Origin: Camelus dromedarius
Lineage: Eukaryota
Assembly: GCF_036321535.1 (NCBI RefSeq)
Contig: NC_087437.1
Coordinates: 109,308,001-109,372,000 of the forward strand
Reading direction: 5' to 3'
DNA length: 64,000 bases
Made by a program: the position numbers and the translations under genes. Each line of letters opens with the position of its first letter. The first letter of the stretch is position 1. Shown in pieces: positions 1-14,439 of the stretch. The notes beneath the pieces are model-generated. The model was not told where the DNA came from. It ran no database searches and worked only from the letters and a program-made list of their open reading frames with translations.

Positions 1-3000
1 ATATATTTATTTCACTAATATCTTGTAATCTCATCAATAGTCAAAGTAAAATTTATTGAACTTGAGTATTTCATAAGCTGTGATTAATTTAAAAATTCAT
101 CTCTGAAATAATAAAAATAGAACAAATAAAAAGCATTTGCATAATTTAGTTGATAAGTTTGACCCTATGTAATCATCAATATATTATGCACAAAAATCTG
201 AAATGTTAATTCTATCAAGCTAAACATATGTGGAATAACTGCCTAATGCTCAGGTAACATTCCACAGGGAGAGTTTCATTTATTGTCTTTATTTTCAAAA
301 TGTTTTGTTGGCAAATCTTGTCGATAAACTGAGAGCTGCGAGGGTAACTGCAATTCTTGGCTAGGTGTGTTGCTTTGTGTAAAGATGTTCTATTTCCATT
401 TGTAATAATAGCAAGATGAAAAGAAAATGTGTAATTTGTTGAATGGGGCAAACTTAGTCAAGGATCAAGATCAGGTCAACAATTTGTCACATTTACTAAT
501 CTTCATTATTTCTTTAAAAATAAATCCCTTGCAATTATTCAAATTGCCTCAAAATATTTGACAGTGACCACACTCATCACCTATATTGATTCCAAAAAAA
601 GTATTTATTTTTCAGTTCCTTGCCTCAGAGGAATTTTAATCACAAATCACAAATACTGTCACTCCCTGATTAGATTCTATTATTTTTGGTCATAAATCAT
701 AACTGGATTATATGAGTAAGTCTAGATTATTTGGTATTCAGGTGAGGTTGTTATCAACCTGTCTGACTTTGGTTCAGAATATTTACTTTAAATAGGTGTA
801 GGATATTTAGAATGGATTGAAAAAAAAGAGTTTCCCTTAAAAGGCATTGCCTTTCTTATTTATCATGTCACATAAACTTTAAAGCTGTATTTACCACAGA
901 ATCAATGAAAGGAAGGGATGAGTAAAAAGGCCTCTAACATTTATACCAAAAAGGTCAGCTTCACTTATGAGTGTCAAAACCTGGCTTTCCCAGCAAGTCT
1001 TAGGATCATCCATTTACATAAAAGCCAACAATGAACATTTTCACCCTTTTTTCTTGAATGTTCCTTCATAGGCTGCACACAAAGGGAGTCAGTGTTCACA
1101 TATTATTGTCCAGTGATAATTAGCTTGACATTGAAATCACTGGCTTGTTATTTCAATAACATCTTCAGCTAAAGCCCTGGTCATGGGCTGGACTTGCTGC
1201 TTGGCCGGGATGGGACTGGGAGGGAACGGTGGAAGGATGTTGAGCAGGGCCTGCCTTCCTCCCCTGCAGCACCCACTCCTTCCCTCATGTCCCCAACTCT
1301 CCTGCTATTCTGAAAATTAGGGGAAAAGAAAGGCTGGATCCAGGCCTTTCTTCTTTCCTTCCTGCTACTTCCTCTTCCTCAGCATGAGTCCACGGTGGCT
1401 CCACAGTGCTCTGTTCAATCTTCACTGAGAGCTGACATCTGGAGGGCAAGACGCTGATGTTGGCTTTGTCCACTCATATCTTGCTTAGTCTCTTCCCTAT
1501 TGTGAACATCGATGAAAGTTTGCTTCTGAATAATGGTGTGATGTAAAAAGCCTAAACATACCCAGCGTCATTGGTTAATGATGAATTATATGAAACACAG
1601 GGAATAGAGGATGGGGAACATAATACAACTTCATCTTGATATCTCTTATTATTATTGTTATTATTTCTTACATTCCTCATATAAATGATGTCATATGGCA
1701 TTTTTCTTTCTCTTTGTGGCTCACTCATCTTGATATCTCAAATGCAATCTTTCTCAAGTTGGCATCAGAATTCTCAAAGTCTCTGGAGGTTGAATGTGGG
1801 AAGTAATTGTGGGTTTTTTTGGTAATTTCCTTGGGTGATTCTTGGTGTACATTACATTCTGAGGATCTCTAGCCTACAGAATTGCCTAGAATCATGGGCA
1901 CGCATAGAAGGCCCTTCGTGACCTGGCCTCTGCTCCTCACCTACTATTGACCTCCTACTTTGATTCATTCACAGCCACCAACCAGCCTCCAAGTATGGAA
2001 TGCCCTTCCCCACCAGGCTGCCAGCCACACCGCAGTCCAACTCATTCTCTAAAGCTGATACCAGCCCTCATTTCCTCTGAGAAGGCTTTTAAAGCAACTC
2101 AGACAAAAGAACACTCGCCCTGTGACCTGCCTTCTGTGTCTTAAAGATGCCTCTAGCCTATAACTCAGTCCAGAGTAAGGCATATATTTGCTTTCATGTC
2201 CATCTTTATATTAAAATCTGCTTTCCTTGAAGTCAGGGACCATGTCTCATTTGTCTTATGGGTCCAGTTCTTGCCACAGTTCCCAGGCCTTTGTACGCCT
2301 TTCTCAGATCTTGGTATATCTGATTGTAGAATAAATGTTTCAGAGCAATCTTGATAAATGGTATGTGTTAGTATTTTTTCTTTTATTAAATGGTTCTACT
2401 CTGGAAAGATTTTCAAATATAGGTAATGTGGCTGGCATCCACTTTTTTTCACTGCTGTAAGGAATCCTAAATGTTCACCCTAGTGCTCAGCTAATGATCT
2501 TGCTTTTCATCTTGCTGAGAGAGTAGAAGCAATGCATTTTCACCACCATGTCCACTGACCTAGCTTCCAGCATCTGTGCTCTGTTCTCTGCTTTCCCTCC
2601 TATTACTGGAAATGAACTGTCCACGTTCACATGGATGTGTGCACCAGACTCTCTCACCTACACGACAGCATTGCTCTGGCAGTTTCTCTCTCTTTCATTA
2701 TCAGCTTGTCCCTCTCTGATCGTGTCATTCCCATCAGCATACAGACATCGCTACAAAATATCTCATCTTTGGAAAACACTCTCTCCATCTCACATCAAGT
2801 ATACCAGACATTTTCACAAATGCTATTTCCTTTCATTCCCTCAACTGTGTGAAGTAAGAGTCAATCATTAGCCTTGTCTTATGAGATAAGGGTGTGAGAG
2901 TTACAGTGCTAATAAGGAACAAAGCATGGATTCAGACCCATTTTTTTCTGACTCCAGAGACAGCACTTGGCTGAGAAGATGACCAAGTATATTAAACTGT

Positions 3001-3619
3001 ATCCAATGGAGAACATACACCCAGTGCACGAGCATCCAAAAGGTTCTCTCTGATCCATTCTGATGCTCAGAGACTGTTGTACCTACTCCTTTACCTCAGT
3101 TTCTCCAACTGTAATAGGAGAGAATTTAGGAATTTAACATAGTCCCATTAAACTTTAACATCCTACCATTCTATGGTGCCATTTAGGGAGTATAAAGTAA
3201 TTCTCCCAGAGAGGTGAAGTTGCTGAATAGCTGAACTTCAGAACGCAGCTCTGGGTTACCATATTTTCAGTCTAAGGATTTCCAATTCTTTCAGTATTCT
3301 GTAAGCGCAAATGAGAGGAATAGGTCGTGTTTTGCATCAAAGGAGTCTTAATCCTCACTGGCCAAAGAAAGCCAGATGCAGTAAAACCTCTGATAGTTTC
3401 ATTCTTCAGTGCAGAGCACAGCTCTGCCACAGAGAATTCCTAGGAACTTTGCTGAATGCTTTGAATTCCACAAGATTATTAGAAATACTTTAAAAATAAG
3501 TAAAAGCACATATGTGAATAAAGTACAGTCAAGTATTTGGGGGCATGCTAATTGGATACCACTGGGTATAGATTAAGGCTCTATCTAGCCATCTTAAAAT
3601 TCTGGAATCTTAGATTAGA

Positions 3620-3830
3620 GAGGCAGTGCAGTACAGAGATTGAGACCATTGGCTTTGTGTTATAAGAACTGTGGCTGGATCATGTTCTGGCTTGTAACCT
3701 TGGGCCAGTTATCCAACCTTGCTAAGCCTCAGTTTTCTCATGTAAAAGGGAGATAACATTAATAGGGCTGTTATGAAGATCAAGTGAGCAAATCAATGTA
3801 AAGCATTTAAAACATTGTGTGTTCCTAATT
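3620..3830 (+). mobile_element. MIR SINE
   Basis: gtaaccttgggccagttatccaaccttgctaagcctcagttttctcatgtaaaaggg MIR core. Confidence 0.8.
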
Positions 3831-3990
3831 ATTCTCATCCAATAATTATGATTTCCCTGGTAAGCCTCTGAATGCTCTAACACTTGTCTTCAGAGTAACT
3901 GAAAGAGATATGCACCTTAACATAGCACTAATCTTTGGCATTCGTTCCTTTTTCTGATTAATGCATGAGTTCTCTTGGAAAATCAGCCTT

Positions 3991-4613
3991 TGCCAGAGGG
4001 ATCTTTAATTCAGAAGACACATGCACCTCAATATTCACAGCAGCACTATTTACAAAAGCCAAGATATGGAAATAACCTAAATATCCATTGACAGATGACT
4101 GGATAAAGAAGGTGTAGTATATTTATACAATGGAATACTACTCAGCCATAAAAAATAAAATAATGCCATTTGCAGCAACATGGATGGACCTGAAGATTGT
4201 CATTCAAAGGGAAGTAAGCCAAAAAGAGAAAGAAAAATACCATATGATATCACTTATATGTGGAATCAAACAAAAAGACAAATGAACTTATTTACGAAAC
4301 AGAAACAGACTCATAGGCATAGAAAATAAACTTATGGTTACCGGGGGGGAGGGAGTAGAAAGGGATAAATCAGGAATTTGAGATTTGCAGATACTAACTA
4401 CTGTATATAAAATAGATAAACAATAAGGACCTACAGTATACCATGGGGAACTCTATTCAATATCTTGTGGTAACCTATAGTGAAAAAGAATATGAAAATG
4501 AGTATATGTATGTATATGTATGCCTGAACTATTATGCTGTACACCAGAAATAGACACAACATTGTAAACTGACTATACTTCAATAAAAAAATTATAAAAC
4601 TTTAAAAAAGAAA
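3991..4613 (+). mobile_element. 5'-truncated L1 (ORF2 C-terminal remnant, 3' UTR, A-rich tail) with 13-bp target-site duplication
   Basis: L1 3' motifs (gacacatgcacc...tggaatactactcagccataaaaa...gcagcaacatggatggacct), AATAAA and A tail. Identical GAAAATCAGCCTT at 3978-3990 and 4614-4626. Confidence 0.93.
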
Positions 4614-7600
4614 GAAAATCAGCCTTAGGCACCTTGAAGGATTAACCCTATATCCGACCTGCCCTTTAAGTGGGCAGTTAAGGAAGGATTCTTCACCTGA
4701 TTCTTATCAGGATCCATCTACCAGTCACCATTGATGCAAGACCGCTTCTTCCTTCTTCATATTTTCTTCCTATTGTATTTCTGTGACTTCTTTTTTTTTT
4801 TTTTTTTTTTTTTTTTGCTGCTGGTAATTTCAATTTAACCCAGTTTGGGTGAACAAAGAGCTCTCAATGTGATTGGCTTTCAGTTTCAAAGTTGCTCTCA
4901 CCTTTCCTCTGTCCTAAGCCTTAGTGAAGTGTTCAAGGCTGTCGTAGCTATACATACCTCATGGACAGGGACCACAGTGATCTCTGCATTCCCCACAAGA
5001 CAAGCACATGGAACCACTCAGTTAACAGAGGAGAGAAACTTTGTATTCTAGTACCCCAAACTGATCTGAGCTGACAGAGCAATTCTTATAATTGTATGGG
5101 TAAATACCCCCGGGCAAATCTGACCACCAAGCTTATGTCGACTTTATTCTAGTAGGCTGTCCACAGGGAGTGAGCTTCTCTCACCATGTAGTGTTCCTAC
5201 GTTGTCTGACATGAGGCATGGAGGAAGGTAAGGGAGTTGGTGGGACTGTTAGGGTGGAAAAGTAGTTGATCAGCCTCCTTTCCACTCTTTAGGCCTTTTC
5301 CTATAAGGACACAGGCTCAGAATTATGACCTGGCTGAGACAAGGTGTTGATGTGACTCGCCCAAAGTCACATAGCTCTTCAAGGATAGGACCAAGGTGAG
5401 ACTGGACTTTTTTTGAATTCCAAGACTCTAGAGAAGTGTTGTGTATTTGTGTGTGTGGTTTTGTGTACATGTATATGTATTAGAAGCACAGTACCTTAAC
5501 ACATTATGAGAAATAGTTAATGGAGAGTGGTTATACATACATATACATATATAAAACAATGCACATTATTAATCCTTTCTTTGAATGAATTGGTCAGCTC
5601 CCAATGCATGGAAAGCAACTGACTTGCTAAACCAAACACACAGATCTAACACAGGAAAATAGTGCTCCTGACTTCTGCTTATCTATGTTAAAAAAAAATC
5701 TAAATTTAAATTTTATTGTCAGAACCATCTAGCTTTAAACCACGACTGCTTTATCTTTAAACCATAGACTGACTGCTGGGTTATACATGTCAACACTGAA
5801 CACAACAGGAAAGCCTCCACTCTCCTTTTATTTGTATGTTCTATTGTTTAGCAATTCTCTCTCTAGTTTTTTTTAATTGATGCACATACTCTATTCATAA
5901 TTTTATTGATCGATGTTTAGCACCATCAATTTTTTATGCGTTGGTGAGCACCCTATGTCTAGTCTGGGAATTCTGAAGAGCAGTCAATCAATTACAGTAA
6001 ATGAATCACCCAGCTTATTTTCAATATTAACCTTTGGCAAGGAGTCTTCATTTTTGCCATGAGTGCCTGAAGGATGGGTTCTATTAGCAATGCAGTATTT
6101 AAAAACAAATGCTGAATATTGAAATGGTTACCTAGTCACATTTCAAAAGTTTTGCAGACATTAAGGGGACTATGCCAAAACCTGCTACTCAAATTAAGGG
6201 TGAAAAATTGGACCCCTGGGATATAAATCTTTTAAGAGGGGAAAAATATGGTTATAGTCTCTGTGCTCTTGTAGAGGGCTATTTCTCTGGCACACTTTAT
6301 TAGGTCCTGTATTATGTTAACTGTTACCTTAACACTTTACATCTTGTCAACTATGAATTTATTAAGTATGTGTATATAGTAACTGTATATTAGGTTAACT
6401 ATTTGTGTTAGCCATCTCTTCTCCAATTGACTGTCAATTCCTTGATGGCAGGAAATATTTTACTTGTCTTTGATTCCTATTCAATTTGCATTTTATAGAC
6501 CTCCAAAATATTTGTAGAAGATATGGTTGAATAAAGTAGCACTTCCAAATTCACACACTTTTATGTAGGAGGAGAAAGGCAGAGGGAAGTTAGCAAGACC
6601 TGGGAACTGGGATCTCCTTCTTACTGGGGGTGCAATGGACCACAGTGAGGATAAACATAGTTCAGTTTGCTACCATATTCTCCTGTCCCCTTTCTTTTCC
6701 ACCTAGGAAGATCTGGACAAGCAGACTGTGTAGCCTGCAGGTCAAAGAGGTGAAATCATGTGACCTCTTCAAGGCCATTGTGCCTATGCTGATGGGATTG
6801 GAGGGGCGGTCAGATGTGGTTTTCTTGCACCTCCCAAAATCAGCTCTTACATCTCAATCCAACTCTGAGGAGATTTTTCTTTGAATTTTGAAGACTTTCC
6901 AAGTTTAGGAATTTCCTATTGGCCTATGAATGTGCATGAAAGAAACAACCCTTTAAGCATTTATTGACTCCTTATTTAGTACAGTCATTCCTTCATTTAG
7001 CAAACCTTCATTTCGCTAACACTTTATCGTAAAATTCCTAAGAGTAAGATCAAGAGGTGAAGGTACTTTGGGGGAGATGGTGCAGAGAAAAGAGAGCAGA
7101 GAAATGATTTTATGATTTCAAAAATTTGTCTGCACTTAGCTCTGTCTCCTGAATAGAAGAGCTAACAAGTACAATTTATTGTGGTCTTATTTTATTTGTT
7201 TTTAATTAAAGGAGGCCCATTCTATATCCATTGTACAAACACAGCCCTGATGGACTAACCGTACAATTACAGTCTTACTCGGGTCCCTGGAGTATGATAC
7301 AATGGCAGATACCTGAAATTCACCCTCTATCTAAGCAATGTGATCTCTGTCCAGTCACCCACAATATTAAGCCAGTTCTCAGAAAAGCTATTTAAACACA
7401 AATCTGAAGTATACATAATAATGGTGATGAAAATAAATATTAAGCAAAGGAAGAACCGATAAACATAACCTTTAGACCACATAGCTTCTTTGGATGTCAG
7501 CTATTTCAGGAACCAAAATGATGCATTTATCATAGTCTCATCTGTTCAATATATAATTATTTTAACTATTATGTGTGTTGTTTATAACCCAATATCTTGC

Positions 7601-8161
7601 AATAACAGCTTGCATGGATCACTGCATAATTTAAACATATAATGGCTTTTCTTGCCAATATTTGATTTCCAACTTTAAATCTGCTGACTTTAACTGTATC
7701 TTTGCCGTGAACTCTGGGTAAACTGTTTTTTATTTCCTAAGGATTTATCTTAGAATATGCATCTGGCTTTTCTTTTTTCATAAACTAGTTTCCTTTGGCA
7801 CTGGTTCATGTGATGGAATGGTTTGCAAAATGGACTAAATTGGCTTCCATACTTGCAAATCAACTAAATGGTCAGGAAGAAAAATCTGAGGCCCAGTGGA
7901 TGTGAAGTGGGTGGGAACAGGGTGCTTGTTTAATTATTTGGATAATGTGACCAGTTAACTATGGAAATCTAATCATTCTGCCTTGAGTTACTTAAATTAT
8001 TTGGTCATATTAATCAAATATTGTCTTTGTTGGGTACGTACTTATCACTAATCAGTATGTTCTTTGTCTATGAAGACAAAAATGTGGATTCCACATGGGT
8101 TGAATTTATGTCTGTCCTTAGTTTGCCTGATTGAGTGGGATATGGTATTAAGAAAACATTC

Positions 8162-8293
8162 CTGCTCACAGCGAAAAAAAGTGTGACAATGAATATATGT
8201 ATGTTCATGTATAACTGAAAAATTGTGCTCTACACTGGAATTTGACACAACATTGTAAAATGTCTATAACTCAATAAAAAATGTTAAAAAAAG
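8162..8293 (+). mobile_element. Short L1 3'-end fragment with near-perfect target-site duplication
   Basis: Resembles the tail of the L1 at 4480-4590 (gacacaacattgtaaa...caataaaaaa). Flanked by AGAAAACATTC (8151-8161) and AGAAAGCATTC (8294-8304). Confidence 0.85.
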
Positions 8294-8324
8294 AGAAAGC
8301 ATTCATTTCTTCAGTCACCAAGTT

Positions 8325-8592
8325 TATTGGGCACTTGAAATGTGGCTAGTATAAACTGAGGATTGAAGCTGAAAATACGAACTGAATTGAAAAGATTTGT
8401 AATGAAAAACATAAAATAATAATTTTATATTGATTACATGTTGAAGTGGTAATATTTTGGATATATTGGATTAAACAAAATGCCTAATTAAAATTAATTG
8501 CACTTGTTTATTTTTGGTATTTTAACATGGCTACTAGAAAATCTAACATCTATGTGGCTCACATGATATTTCTCCTGGACAGTGATGCTCTA
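8325..8592. mobile_element. hAT-Charlie non-autonomous DNA transposon (MER3/MER33-like)
   Basis: cacttgaaatgtggctagt...atattttggatatattgg...tggctactagaaaa...tatgtggctc...ggacagtgatg motifs. Confidence 0.7.
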
Positions 8593-8709
8593 GAACAAAT
8601 CTTGCATTTGTGCATATGGGACTATTTCTCAGGTGTGCATCACAGCAGTGTTTCACTGTGCAGAAGAAATGGAGGATGCCAAAATATGTACTCATGGGGA
8701 GATGGATAA

Positions 8710-9110
8710 ATAGCCAGTAGTATATTTAATGCATGAGTTGTTCCTCTGCTTGGATCCTTTACTCTCTTAATATTTGTGTGTCCTGGTCCCTCTTTTCTTT
8801 CAGAACTGTCCTCAAGTTTCACATTATCTATGAAGTGTTTTCTAACTACCCTATGTAATACAGCAATGCCCATTTCTTTCTTCAAGGACCCCTGCACACC
8901 ATACCCTCTTCTGAGCTTTGCTTTTCTGATAATCCTTGTCACTGTGTGAAATACAGTATTCCATTTTATGTGTGTCTGATTCCCCCCATTAGAGTATCAG
9001 TTCCATGAGAGCAAGAGCTTTGTCTTGCCCACTATTGTTTCCTTGGTGTTTAGAATAGCAGCTGCCATGTACTAAGTATTCAGTAGATATTTTTAGAATG
9101 AATGAATAAT
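8710..9110 (+). mobile_element. L2 3' fragment
   Basis: ttccatgagagcaagagctttgtc...tagaatagcagctgccatgtactaagtattcagtagatatt...gaatgaatgaat L2 terminus. Confidence 0.7.
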
Positions 9111-9204
9111 GGAATACTAGATTTCAATGAAAATGAATGAAATGGATAAATAATAAATACACATCAAGTTAGATATATTCCAAAACTTAAGACAGACTGG
9201 AAAA

Positions 9205-9475
9205 GCAAATTGCTGAATGAAATATATATGCACACAAATATATGTAGGCACACAACATATAAACACAACATATCCACACAAACACATACATACTCACATA
9301 TCCCCAAATATTTCCAAACATATACATGTATGTGTATATACATGCATATACACACATACATATAGACATATATACATACACACATGTGCATATTTATTTA
9401 TAAAATGGCATGCATTTAAGTAAATTAAACATGTGTGTTCATGTGCACATATACACATATACACACATACACAAC
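9205..9475. repeat. Degenerate (CA/TA)n low-complexity tract
   Basis: About 270 bp of alternating purine-pyrimidine (catatacatgtatgtgtatatacatgcatatacacacatac...). Confidence 0.85.
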
Positions 9476-10584
9476 AGAGTGGTACAGAAAGCAAATTCTT
9501 CATTCAACATTGCAGAGCCAGGACATTAGTAGCTGAATTGGAGGAGGATGATAATTGACATGAGTCTGAATGCTATCTCATAAATAAAAATGCTATTTAG
9601 AATCATAAACTAAGGAGAACTTGGCAGAACTTCCCATCTTATGCTGACATCCCCTTTCAACATTTCTGACAGGTGATTATTCCCCTTGCCGCTGATTAAA
9701 TATTTCAAGGTCATATCTTAGCATTTTAGTTACAAACAAGACAATGCATATCATTGGTTAAAACTGTAAACTTTAGACATTTTAGGAACTGGTATTATTT
9801 CTTTGTCCAGAGCTGCATAGGGAATTGAAGGAAGGACCAGAAGAATTCACTCTTCCTTTAAATCTAAAAGCCCTAAATGTGAGAAGATGCTAGGATGAAT
9901 AGTTTTCATGTACACAGTACAAGCTAGGAGTCAGAATGCAGGTAATTTTCAACAGGTACAGAATGAGAAACACAAATGGAAATTTTTCTGAAGAGTAGAA
10001 ACTTGACTGAATTTGCTGCCAGATCCAATGTCATCTAATTAACCCAAGGGACAGCCTGTCCTGACAATCAAAATCAGATGGCATGCTGTAATGGGGACTG
10101 TTACTCAGTGATGCCACAATAGGGTAAAATCATGTCAAAACTTATGTTTCTCCAGGGACATTTTTTTATTCAACTCTGTAATTTTTCACCTGGATTCCAT
10201 TAAGGAAAAAAAAAAACCCACTCAATGCTGACATACGAAGTAAAAGTCCAAATAAATATCAAAGCAAATATAGATGCCACAGTGGAGAATTTTATCTTTT
10301 ACTCTTTGATTTTTAAAAGCTTGAATTTGAATATCTTGTTTATGTACTGAAAATTCTAATCTTCATTGCATCAAAATAAATCAATAAATCACATTTTCAT
10401 AGTAAAACAGGGGCAGAAACCTGCCCATATTTAATACAGCTGTCAGTGATATCCCGTATATATAATGTTTCACTCCTATGTAGTAAACTTATTTTGGAGC
10501 CGATCAATTAGGAGCTGTTTATATAGTTTAAAATTAAGTATCAGTTCAGCAAAGTTTATTAGGAGTTTGCTAGACTTTAGCATC

Positions 10585-11255
10585 CTGGGTTCAGTTCAAC
10601 AGGTGTCTATTAAATGCCTGCCATATACCTCATGGTGCTGTGAAGTCAGAAAGATAAATTGACTCTGTCCTTGTCCGAGGGAAAGATCTTACAATGTCCG
10701 AAGGAAGCATGTGAAGTGCTAACATAGAGATGTACAGGAACTATGAAGTCCAGTAGAGGACTTATCCCCAAACAGAGGTTTGAGAGAGGGCTTGCTGGAC
10801 TAAGAAAATTAATTCTGAGATGGAGTTAGCCCACGTGAAAAATGAGAGGCAGTGCTTTCCAGACTGAAAGGAGTTCAACAAAAGGGGTGTGATAAGGCAG
10901 GTTTTAGTCAGGAAAAGAGAAACTCACCTGTCGTCCCTGTATGAGAACAGCACGGTAGGTGAGGGAAAATACAAGTAAGTTTGTGTTGCTAGAAGTTACG
11001 GTATCTACTATGCATTTATGTACATCACTCCACTTACATGGAAATAACAGTTGTAAAATGGCTGAGACTCAAGACATGGGACTTAGTTAGAGGCTATTTT
11101 AATAGCTCAGGTGAGAAATGATGAGGGTGGTAGGCAAGGAACATTGTTAAAGAATATTTAGGGTAGAAAGTTGGACAGGTCTTAATGAGATGAGTGGGCT
11201 GAAGTGGATGGAGAAGTTTAGACAAACCCGTAGAGGTCTGGTTTGAATGACATGG
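10585..11255 (-). mobile_element. L2 fragment, apparently resuming at about 12440-12830 after younger insertions
   Basis: ttcaacaggtgtctattaaatgcctg...; gaggctattttaatagctcaggtgagaaatgatgaggg; later gacatccaagtgga...ttaggagagaagttacggctg. Confidence 0.55.
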
Positions 11256-12621
11256 TCTATCCTACTGGAATGTGTCAAGTCAGGTACCTATATGATATCA
11301 GGAGACTAGAGTGGGTAGATAGACACTCCCAAGTGTCTGATGCATATGCACAAAGGAAGTCCCCTCAGAGATTGTTCTAGATCAAGGATTTACAAAAAGG
11401 GTAGAGGTGATTGCTAAAGAGATTTCTCTGGAGACAGCTGTTGCCTCTCTGTAAGTTAACACTTCTGCTTTCAGGATACAATTTCCTAACTCCATTTCTA
11501 GTGAGTAGAACTTCCTGGGGGCCATTTAGAGAAATCCAAAATAGGTTGGCTACAGTTGAAGGTGCAGAAGACCAATGGCTGACTCAAACATGAGAAATTT
11601 AAGGTAGACAATAGACTATGGTGTGATTCCCAAGTGACAAAATAAGGCTACATGAGAGTTAACCAATTGAGATGGTGGGCCAACCAAGAAGTCTGCCATG
11701 TCACAATTAGAAACACACCTAGAATTTCCAAGGAAAGGATGAGTGGGCGTTTCCTTTGGATGCACAGTGCCTTGGTGGGACTGTCTTGGGTTATACTCAG
11801 TGAGGCTATCTAAAGGGTGGAGGAGACTTCAGCAGAAAGAACAAGAGGTGTACTAGTGGATGCCAAGGGGATGAGGAAGTACAGTACCCTTCCATCTACA
11901 ACAGGGATCCACTGGTCATGGTCAAAGGAACATCAGGAGAGACTGACCAATAGAAAGTCATGAAGAGCCATAAAGTGCTTCAAGAAAGACAGCTTTAAAA
12001 ATCTACCAGACTTACCAGGGACACCAGCTTAATATAGGATTTTTCTGCTAAGCCTGGAGAGTACTGAGTATCCCAGCCAAGTAAGAAGTGTCCGAACGCT
12101 TTCTGAGCCTGGTAGGAGGTCCAACAGCTAAGGGTGTTGAGAGGAAGTAAGCAAGGAAAGGAGGAAGAGGAGAGCCAACCATACCACCACTTCCTGAGAG
12201 TCTTCCAGCAAAGCTCAGGGAGAGAAGGAATCTGACGGTAAATCAAGTTGGATTTTTGATTGATATCTTAGACTAGATATTCTAATTACTAAATTTAACT
12301 TAAAGGGACTCAAGGATTGTCATTACTTTAGTAAACAAAAATGTCATACTCTCTACCCAGTTTTCACTAAATAATTTTAAGCGGGAAGAAGAATAAATTG
12401 GTTTTGCTGTCCTACTGGTTGTGTTCAACATACCAGTTACATCGTCATTTATTGACATTGAGCCTGTTGTAGCAGTAATAGATTTAACAGATAAAGTGAT
12501 GGGTTCTATTTGGGAATTTGTTGATATGAGAGTGGCAGCAAGACATCCAAGTGGATTTTTCCAACGAGGAAGTAGTTGAATGAATTTAGACCTAAATTCA
12601 TTTTGGTCTAAATTTAGAAGA

Positions 12622-12800
12622 GGGGAGAGGAGGGTATAGCTCAAGTGGAAGAGTGCATACTTAGCATACATGAAGTCCTGGGTTCAATACCTATTACCTC
12701 CATTAAAAAAAAAAACAAACTAATAATAAATAAATAAATAAACCTAATGACCTCCCCCTCACCATCCCCCCCCAATTAATTAATTTAAAAAAAGACAAAA
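12622..12800 (+). mobile_element. tRNA-derived SINE resembling camelid Vic-1
   Basis: G-rich head, Pol III A box TAGCTCAAGTGG (12637-12648), B box GGTTCAATACC (12681-12691), A/AAAT-rich tail with cctaatgacctcccc. Loosely similar flanks taaatttagaaga / taaactttaggaga. Confidence 0.85.
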
Positions 12801-14039
12801 ATAAACTTTAGGAGAGAAGTTACGGCTGTAAATAAAACACACACAAAAAAGAAAGAAAAAACAGTTGTTCTATTTCTTTTGAACAAACTATTTTCCCTTT
12901 TATCTCTTTATGAGTGATAATACTTCCAAACCAAGATGTCTTCAATTTCTCAATAATCATGGGTTTATCTGTTTCAATCAAACCTACACAGAGCTACCAA
13001 TGTAATCTGATTTATCATTTCATCTCAGCCTCAAGAACAGTGAGTTCTTATCAATTATCAATCAAATTTGAATTTCTCAGCAGGTAATTTTCACCAATTG
13101 TCTCTCCATATTTATGAAAACTCATTTCTAGCCACTTCCACATGGGGCCACTCCATCTAAGCCCAACAGAACTTCTAATGTTTCATTTAGATTTTTGGTA
13201 TTCACCATATTGGAACATTCTTTCAATCAAATTCTGCCTTTCATATCCAGTTCAGACACTCTTAATGTGAGTTTCAGGGAACCTAGCATGATTGTAAAGC
13301 TTCTGAGATTGCGAATTTGTATGCCTTTCTTGGGAATAACAGATATATGGTTCAAATCAGTTTTAATTTAGGGTCTGTAACCCAGAAAATAGTTAAGAAC
13401 CACTGACTTAACCTGAAATCTGATACACTTCACTGCACGCACAGTTCACTGCTCTTCCCAGTACCTGTGATTACAGACTTTCCTCTGCCCAGATGCTCTG
13501 ATGTACTTGCTCTTTCTACAGCTGTTCCCACTGATCTCTCTATGGCTATCTGGAACTTACTCTGGGTCCAGAGTAACTCTGGCCACAGGCAGAAAGTGCT
13601 TCAGCTTCCTCAGCCCCTACATTCAGCCATCATTTCCCAGACGTGGTTTGACCTGAGATGTGGTTTGCTAGGGTTTTCTTTTAGCTCCGCCTGGCTGATT
13701 GTTACCTAATGCCTTTGGGTGCCTCTGGAACAATCGTGTGTGCTCAATGATTGAAAGCTCCCGCCTTCCCTGGCATCATTGCACTTGGCCTCTTGTGTGC
13801 TGCACACCTGGCTGCATGGAGCTCCTGATTTTCCACTGCCAGGTCCTGTCCTCCTTTTTACAAACACTGCTTCTTCATCTTGGGCTCCAGTGATAACAAT
13901 GATGACGCCAAATAACAATACCAAGAATGCAGCTCTTACAGGTGCTAGATAATATACTTAATGCTTTGTATGTGCTGCCTCATTTTCCCCTGACAACAGC
14001 CTTATATGGTACACATTCTAGCAAGAACCTCCCATTTAA

Positions 14040-14240
14040 TGGTAGCTACCCTTTCTTGAGCAACCACTACATGCCAGACATTTTGCTAGGCTGTACATGT
14101 ATTAAATGTAATCCCTACAAACATATAAAGTGGGTATTTTTATCCCCAATTTATAGAAGAGGGAACTGAGAAAAAAAAAAAAGACGCTAAATGACTAGGT
14201 TTACACAGATGGCAAACTGATTAAAACTCAGTTCAGAGTT
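14040..14240 (-). mobile_element. MIR SINE
   Basis: ttatccccaatttatagaagagggaactgag reverse MIR core. Confidence 0.7.
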
Positions 14241-14439
14241 AAGCAGGCTGCTCTTTCCTGAGACCGCTGCCTCACTCTCCCACTGGAAGCTAGGACCCCA
14301 GGAGACAGATCTACCCAGGCCCTGGTTTCTGCCTTACTGAATCGTGTCTGGATATGATATTCATGTGCCAAAAGTGACCTATGGTGCTTGCTCATAGATG
14401 GTGTGCGTTCTTCAGCTCCTCTGCTTTTCACTCGTACAC

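Noticed and set aside
12630..12702. tRNA-like sequence
   Set aside because: It is the head of a SINE with an A-rich tail; the acceptor and anticodon arms are degenerate.
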